Origin: Candidatus Aminicenantes bacterium
GTDB lineage: Bacteria > Acidobacteriota > Aminicenantia > UBA2199
NCBI GenBank assembly: GCA_016926835.1
Contig: JAFGNX010000116.1
Coordinates: forward strand, 5,639 to 69,638
DNA: 64,000 bases
Direction of reading: 5' to 3'
A model generated the notes under the pieces. It made no database searches. It was not told where the DNA came from and worked only from the letters and a program-made list of their open reading frames with translations. The number at the start of each line of letters is the position of its first letter. Within the stretch, counting starts at the first letter, position 1. Below, one piece after another: positions 59,434 through 64,000 of this stretch. Made by a program: the position numbers and the translations under genes.

Positions 59434-60375
59434 ATGCTGGCGGATATTTCGAAATTCTCCCCTTTCCATATTTCAGATCTATCCCGATTCCATGCGCTTT
59501 TGGACCGGTTTCCCACGGATTGTTCTCACTATAACTTCGCCGCACTTTTTTGCTGGCAGGACGCATACAGTTCTTCGTGGCAGATCGTTGGCAACCACCT
59601 GCTGATCCAGAACGGCAGGACACAAACCCTGCTAATGCCCCTGGGCCCGGAACTCAACGCAATCCAACTCTTTCACCTTTCTCAAAGCATCCGTTCCCAG
59701 GGATTGACGGGGACCATCGCAATGGTACCACCGCGATATATCGAACAACACGCGGATCTGGAACGGTACTTTCGCATCAGCCGGGACCGGGACAATGCGG
59801 ACTATATTTATTCATCCGAAGAACTTTCGGAACTCAGGGGTCGCAAATTGGCCCGCAAACGCAATCAGATTCATCAGTTTCTCTCCAACCATCCCGACCA
59901 TGTCAGCCGTGAGCTCAAACCGGAGGAATGGCCCCGATGCCACAAACTCGCCGCTGAATGGAGTCACAAGAGACACGATGTCTCCCTGAATGAATCCCCG
60001 GAAGCCAATGCTCTGCAAAGAGCCTTTCAAAATTGCCGTGAACTGGGTGTCCACGGCTTCGGACTCTTCGTTGCACAACAGCTGGTAGCTTTCTCAATCT
60101 GGTCCCGTCAGAACCGGGATATGGCTACCATGCATTTTGAAAAGTACGATCCTGAATTGAAAGGCGCTGCACAGATGATCAATCGCGAAACCGCGCGACA
60201 CCTTAGATCATGGGCCAAATGGATCAATCGTGAACAGGATCTCGGGATTGCCGGTTTGCGGCGTGCCAAACTGTCATACCTGCCGCACCGCTTGCTTTCC
60301 GGATTCACAATTGAGCTCCGGGAACCACGGAATGCACCAACAGATCAGTCCTCCCCGCTTGACAACCCGGCTTAG
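59434..60375 (+). CDS. DUF2156-like protein (stand-alone homolog of MprF C-terminal aminoacyl-phosphatidylglycerol synthase domain)
   Basis: 313 aa soluble protein; tentative family assignment from overall resemblance; immediately follows GNAT gene (5-nt gap). Confidence 0.4.
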   Translation: MLADISKFSPFHISDLSRFHALLDRFPTDCSHYNFAALFCWQDAYSSSWQIVGNHLLIQNGRTQTLLMPLGPELNAIQLFHLSQSIRSQGLTGTIAMVPPRYIEQHADLERYFRISRDRDNADYIYSSEELSELRGRKLARKRNQIHQFLSNHPDHVSRELKPEEWPRCHKLAAEWSHKRHDVSLNESPEANALQRAFQNCRELGVHGFGLFVAQQLVAFSIWSRQNRDMATMHFEKYDPELKGAAQMINRETARHLRSWAKWINREQDLGIAGLRRAKLSYLPHRLLSGFTIELREPRNAPTDQSSPLDNPA

Positions 60376-60462
60376 TCAATACATAATGATTGGCGGTCCC
60401 TGGGTCAACCTCAACAGGGTAGATACCGGCCTAACGCCTTTCAGTACCAAAAGGAGTGAATC

Positions 60463-60921
60463 ATGGCATTCAACACAGACAAAAGAGACGAAAAAGACCC
60501 ATTCAACCCGCATCCAACCCGTTCACAATCATCCGAATCCGTTATCGGTGAATCTCTGACGGTCGAAGGTGAAATCCACTCAGAGGAACCCTTGATGGTC
60601 AAAGGCAAAGTCAAGGGCAACATTCACAGCAATCAGCCGCTGATTGTAGAGGAATCCGGACAGGTCACCGGCGATCTCAATGGTGAGATCATCACCATCC
60701 GCGGAACGGTAAAAGGCAAAGTGGTTTCTGCGCAGAAATTGATTATCAGCTCATCCGGGTCATTCAGTGGAGATATCTCAGTAGAGAAACTGATTATCGA
60801 AGAGGGCGCGCGTTTCAAGGGTCACGTCACCATGGAAAGCCCCGCCGCGACCCAACCCCACAAACCTTCTCCCGATAAAACTCAGCACAAAAATACGGAC
60901 AGCTCAAAGCCCGTTCATTGA
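60463..60921 (+). CDS. Bactofilin
   Basis: Repetitive beta-helix: VIGESLTVEGEIHS..LMVKGKVKGNIHS..LIVEESGQVTGDL..ITIRGTVKGKV.. followed by Pro-rich tail. Confidence 0.8.
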   Translation: MAFNTDKRDEKDPFNPHPTRSQSSESVIGESLTVEGEIHSEEPLMVKGKVKGNIHSNQPLIVEESGQVTGDLNGEIITIRGTVKGKVVSAQKLIISSSGSFSGDISVEKLIIEEGARFKGHVTMESPAATQPHKPSPDKTQHKNTDSSKPVH

Positions 60922-60933
60922 GCGGAATCACTG

Positions 60934-62826
60934 TCAGCGTTTCCGGATTACACGCACGTCTCTTTGATTCGGGATTCCCGTCAACCGCAATGCGGAAATA
61001 CTGCCGCTGACTCTCATCAGTCCGGATATTTTGCCGTATTTTGGAGTCCTTGATTCCAGACGGGTTTCCAAAACAATCATGCGTTCGCCGATCTGTTTTC
61101 TGGCCAGGCGCATGCTTGCGGCGGCCTTTCTCGCGGATGGTTCGCGAAAAACCAGATCAAACAGGTCCGCATGCGGCGGCAGGTTGAACCAGCGCCTGAA
61201 CTTTGACTCCCTCTCCAGGAACTCTTCCTGAGACCGCAGCAACCGTAACCCGTAGTGAAAATGAAAAGCGGAAAACACATCCACTTGTCCGCCGGGTGCA
61301 ACCCATTCGCGCATGCGCCCCACCACAGCCTGGATCTGCTCGGCGGCGTCGTACTCTGTAAAATGAAAATCCGATTCGGGACGATAGTAGATAATGGCCG
61401 TGAAAACATGACGGAATTCCGGTCGCAGGACAACCCAGGTCCCCATCACCACACGGCACCCTTGCGGAGATGCCGCAGATGCCAGGACCCCGGGATCGGA
61501 CTCGGCCGAAACAATCGGCGGTTTTTCACCCAGGATCCGTTTTTGAACCTGATCACACAGGCTTTTCAGGTTTCCCCGGGGTACCCTTACCCGTTCTTTC
61601 TTGCACTGATTACAGGTGTGTTCCGATTTCCAGGCGCCCCCGCAATTCGGGCAGGTTTCTGTCAGTTCAGGCCCACTTCCAGGCAATATGATGGTGCGGC
61701 AGTGCGGGCATCTGGCTATCTGGCGGCAGTGCGGGCAGAAAAGATAGTCTTTTCCCTGCAAACGGTTCACCATCACCAGAACCCGTCTCCCGTCATCCAA
61801 ATGCTCCGATATCCGTTGCAGCAGAGTTTGGGGAATTCCGGGCGATCCGGGTGGTAAAGGAATGATTTCCGTTTCCACTTTTTTTTCATTGAGACGGTCA
61901 TCTACGGTCACAAAAGCGCGTCGACGGAATGCCGCCAATGGATAGGTATGATCGCCCTGAACAAAAGGAATCCGCTGTACGGCCGCGCGCAATCGCGCCA
62001 GTTCGGGGCCGGGTTCCATTTCCCGGACTCCGGGCCGGCTCTGCCAGGCCGAAGGCTGCTCTACAACCACGACACCCAGGCGGGAAAATGGAAGCATCAA
62101 AGCGGATTGCCCGCCGGCTACCGCCAGCGGCTCTCCACTCACAGCCCGGGTCCAGATATCCTCTCTCCGGGCTACGGGTAAAGAGGAATGGTAGGCAACC
62201 GTTCCCGTCATCCGGGATCCCAGCTCTTCTGCGCTGCGCGTATCCGGGGTGAGCAACAGTGCACTGAAACCCTTTTTCAGGCAGGAATCTACAATCACCT
62301 GATAATGTGGACATCGCTGATAATCCAGGATCAAGCGTTCGCTGAAGCCGGCTCCGGTTTCCATGCGGGGGAAAAAGTTGACCGGATCTTTTAAATTGCG
62401 TGAATAAACGGCGAATTCAAGCGGCAAAGGCCGGCCGGTTTCCTTCACTCCTTTCAGATTCAACGCTGTCAGTGCCGGACCGGGTTTGCCGTCAACAACC
62501 ATGCGAACTTGACGGCGATTGCGGCGACGCGGGGAGAGCGCCGCGTCCAGCAGGATTCCCGGAGCCAGCAGAAAACGTCGCGAGGCCTCACGGACAAACT
62601 TCAGGTAAACCGGAGACAACCGGAAGGTATCCCGGATCCATCCGGCTAGCGGGCGGGTGCGGCCGCTGTAGTTGGAAGACAAGCAAACAATCCATCCCGT
62701 CTCCAAGCGGTTGCCGATGGGGACAACCACCCGGCTTCCCAGTCCCATGTGTTCCGAAACGGATTCTGGGACGGAATAGGTTAGCGGTTCTGCCAGATTC
62801 AGGGATATGGCGATCTGAACTTGCAC
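60934..62826 (-). CDS. priA: PriA-like primosomal protein N' with degenerate helicase motifs
   Basis: N-terminal PriA 3'-DNA-binding domain, PriA Cys-rich zinc region CPHCRQIARCPHC...CPNCGG...CNQCKK, and colinear similarity to both RecA-like domains; Walker A, DEEH, motif III and motif VI not conserved. Confidence 0.65.
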   Translation of the reverse strand: MQVQIAISLNLAEPLTYSVPESVSEHMGLGSRVVVPIGNRLETGWIVCLSSNYSGRTRPLAGWIRDTFRLSPVYLKFVREASRRFLLAPGILLDAALSPRRRNRRQVRMVVDGKPGPALTALNLKGVKETGRPLPLEFAVYSRNLKDPVNFFPRMETGAGFSERLILDYQRCPHYQVIVDSCLKKGFSALLLTPDTRSAEELGSRMTGTVAYHSSLPVARREDIWTRAVSGEPLAVAGGQSALMLPFSRLGVVVVEQPSAWQSRPGVREMEPGPELARLRAAVQRIPFVQGDHTYPLAAFRRRAFVTVDDRLNEKKVETEIIPLPPGSPGIPQTLLQRISEHLDDGRRVLVMVNRLQGKDYLFCPHCRQIARCPHCRTIILPGSGPELTETCPNCGGAWKSEHTCNQCKKERVRVPRGNLKSLCDQVQKRILGEKPPIVSAESDPGVLASAASPQGCRVVMGTWVVLRPEFRHVFTAIIYYRPESDFHFTEYDAAEQIQAVVGRMREWVAPGGQVDVFSAFHFHYGLRLLRSQEEFLERESKFRRWFNLPPHADLFDLVFREPSARKAAASMRLARKQIGERMIVLETRLESRTPKYGKISGLMRVSGSISALRLTGIPNQRDVRVIRKR

Positions 62827-62829
62827 GGG

Positions 62830-63546
62830 TCAGGAATTGAGAAGTTTCAAGACTTCCTGCATATCAGACCATACGTCCCATTTGGACCTGGTGACGGCCT
62901 CTTTCTCCCGTTGATGCAGGATATAGGAAGGATGGTAAGTGGGAACAACGGGAATACCTTGAAATGACAAGACCCGGCCCCGCATCCGTGAAATGGCCGT
63001 ATTCGTACCCAGCAGGCGGTTGGCCGCCACCTTTCCCAGGCATACGATCACCCTGGGAGACAAAAGGCCGATCTGCTGGTGAAGATAGGGCAAACAGGCC
63101 TTCACTTCACTGTCATTGGGATCCCGGTTTCCCGGGGGACGGCATTTTACGATATTTCCGATAAATACAGAATCGCGGGAATGTCCCATGCGTTGAATCA
63201 GCCGGTCAAGCAACTGGCCGGCTTTGCCCACAAAGGGTCGTCCTTCGCGGTCTTCCTGTTCACCGGGCCCCTCGCCGATAAACATTATCTTGGGGTGTTG
63301 AGACCCCTCTCCGGGAACACTCTGGCGTCGCGTCTTGTGAAGGGGACAACGCGTACAGGAAAGAATCATTTTGTGCAGAGACTCCAGAGAAACCGGTTCT
63401 TTAGGGGCAAGTACACTCGCAGGCAGATTCAGGCTGTCCACTCCCAGTTCACGGAAGAAATGCAACCATTCCGCCAATCCCGTCCTATTCACGGGGCACT
63501 CCTCTGTTTTTGCGCATAATCGACAGGTTGGCGACCTGTATGGCAA
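62830..63546 (-). CDS. udg: Family 4 uracil-DNA glycosylase (4Fe-4S UDG)
   Basis: CTRCPLH...GEGPGEQEDREGRPFVGKAGQLLDRL motifs A/B of UDG family 4 plus conserved Cys; N-terminal about 55 aa extension if start is 63546 (overlaps coaBC end). Confidence 0.75.
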   Translation of the reverse strand: MPYRSPTCRLCAKTEECPVNRTGLAEWLHFFRELGVDSLNLPASVLAPKEPVSLESLHKMILSCTRCPLHKTRRQSVPGEGSQHPKIMFIGEGPGEQEDREGRPFVGKAGQLLDRLIQRMGHSRDSVFIGNIVKCRPPGNRDPNDSEVKACLPYLHQQIGLLSPRVIVCLGKVAANRLLGTNTAISRMRGRVLSFQGIPVVPTYHPSYILHQREKEAVTRSKWDVWSDMQEVLKLLNS

Positions 63547-64000
63547 TTGCCGCTGCCAGCTCCGATTTGGATCGACGTGGCAGGGGAATGACTCGATCCG
63601 CGGTCAACAAAGTAACGCGATTGCGAACCGCTCCAAAAGCGGGATTTTCCGCGGAAATCTCGTTGATCACCAGCAAATCAAGGTTCTTTCGCAAAAATTT
63701 GCGTTTGCCGTTCTTAACGGCATTCTCTGTTTCAGCCGCGAATCCTACCAGCAGCTGTTGCGGCGTCCGGCGTTCTCCCGCCTCTTTGAGAATATCCGGA
63801 TTGCGTTCCAGTTTCATCACCAGTGGAAAGCCGGCTTTCTTGATCTTTTGCTGACTGCTCCCGGCGGGGCGGAAATCACCAACGGCAGCGGCCATGATAA
63901 TGACGTCCGCGCCGGAAAAGTATTTAAAGAATGCGTCGCGCATCTCCAGTGCGGTTTCCACTTTGACGAGCGTTACGCCGGAAGGATAGCGACAAACGGG
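63485..64000 (-). CDS. coaBC: Bifunctional phosphopantothenoylcysteine decarboxylase/phosphopantothenate-cysteine ligase, C-terminal part only (5' end beyond window)
   Basis: CoaB ligase-domain C-terminus (IIMAAAVGDFRP...KIKK, LLVGFAAETEN); frame open to window edge. Confidence 0.7.
   Translation of the reverse strand, partial: PVCRYPSGVTLVKVETALEMRDAFFKYFSGADVIIMAAAVGDFRPAGSSQQKIKKAGFPLVMKLERNPDILKEAGERRTPQQLLVGFAAETENAVKNGKRKFLRKNLDLLVINEISAENPAFGAVRNRVTLLTADRVIPLPRRSKSELAAAIAIQVANLSIMRKNRGVPRE

Overview
This 64 kb window is a chromosomal segment from a diderm bacterium. Diderm markers present are a TolC/RND efflux operon, an Mla/MCE lipid-transport operon, Lgt, RseP and TatAC. By eye the GC content is roughly mid-50s percent. 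The content is almost entirely core housekeeping and is densely packed, with many 1-20 nt gene overlaps.

Gene order:
- Plus strand, 50-5635: tatA, tatC, a yacL-like PIN/TRAM gene, ispF, der, parA, parB.
- A 630 bp AT-rich gap with no convincing coding region.
- A 15 kb block entirely on the minus strand, 6267-21626: ymdB, rny, zapA, zapB, pheT, pheS, rplT, rpmI, infC, thrS, tRNA-Val, hup, leuD, leuC, mglA, mglB, recR, ybaB, dnaX, SRP RNA, tRNA-Ser.
- Then a plsC-like acyltransferase, a HAD hydrolase, an EF-G paralog, a DoxX/rhodanese pair, a TetR-regulated TolC/MFP/RND efflux operon, sppA, tsaC, lgt, ftsB, a phosphohexomutase, rseP, dxr, cdsA, uppS, a cNMP-binding/FHA fusion, ispD, and rpmE-prfA-prmC with a coupled B12/radical-SAM gene and an M1 peptidase.
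- Then DUF937, ygaU, a DUF134-NifX fusion, ppiC, a TPR lipoprotein, a large M14 peptidase, ybjQ, a STAS-mlaE/mlaF/mlaD/lipoprotein operon, a GNAT gene with a DUF2156-like gene, bactofilin, a PriA-like gene, a family-4 UDG, and the 3' part of coaBC.

I found no CRISPR array, transposase, integrase or phage genes.

Most interesting observations:
1. A well-formed 11-6-11 candidate XerCD dif site at 5687-5714, exactly where gene orientation converges, with parAB immediately adjacent.
2. The syntenic PriA ortholog has lost its Walker A, DEEH, motif III and motif VI helicase signatures while keeping its DNA-binding and zinc-finger regions.
3. mglB-mglA, a Ras-like polarity GTPase and its GAP, sit inside a housekeeping operon. 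mglA uses a TTG start and its stop overlaps the leuC start (ATGA).
4. A B12-binding radical SAM protein and an M1 metallopeptidase are translationally coupled to prfA-prmC.
5. An unusual cNMP-binding/FHA fusion protein sits behind a near-consensus sigma70 promoter.

All calls are from reading the sequence and the ORF track and from recognised motifs. No database search was run.
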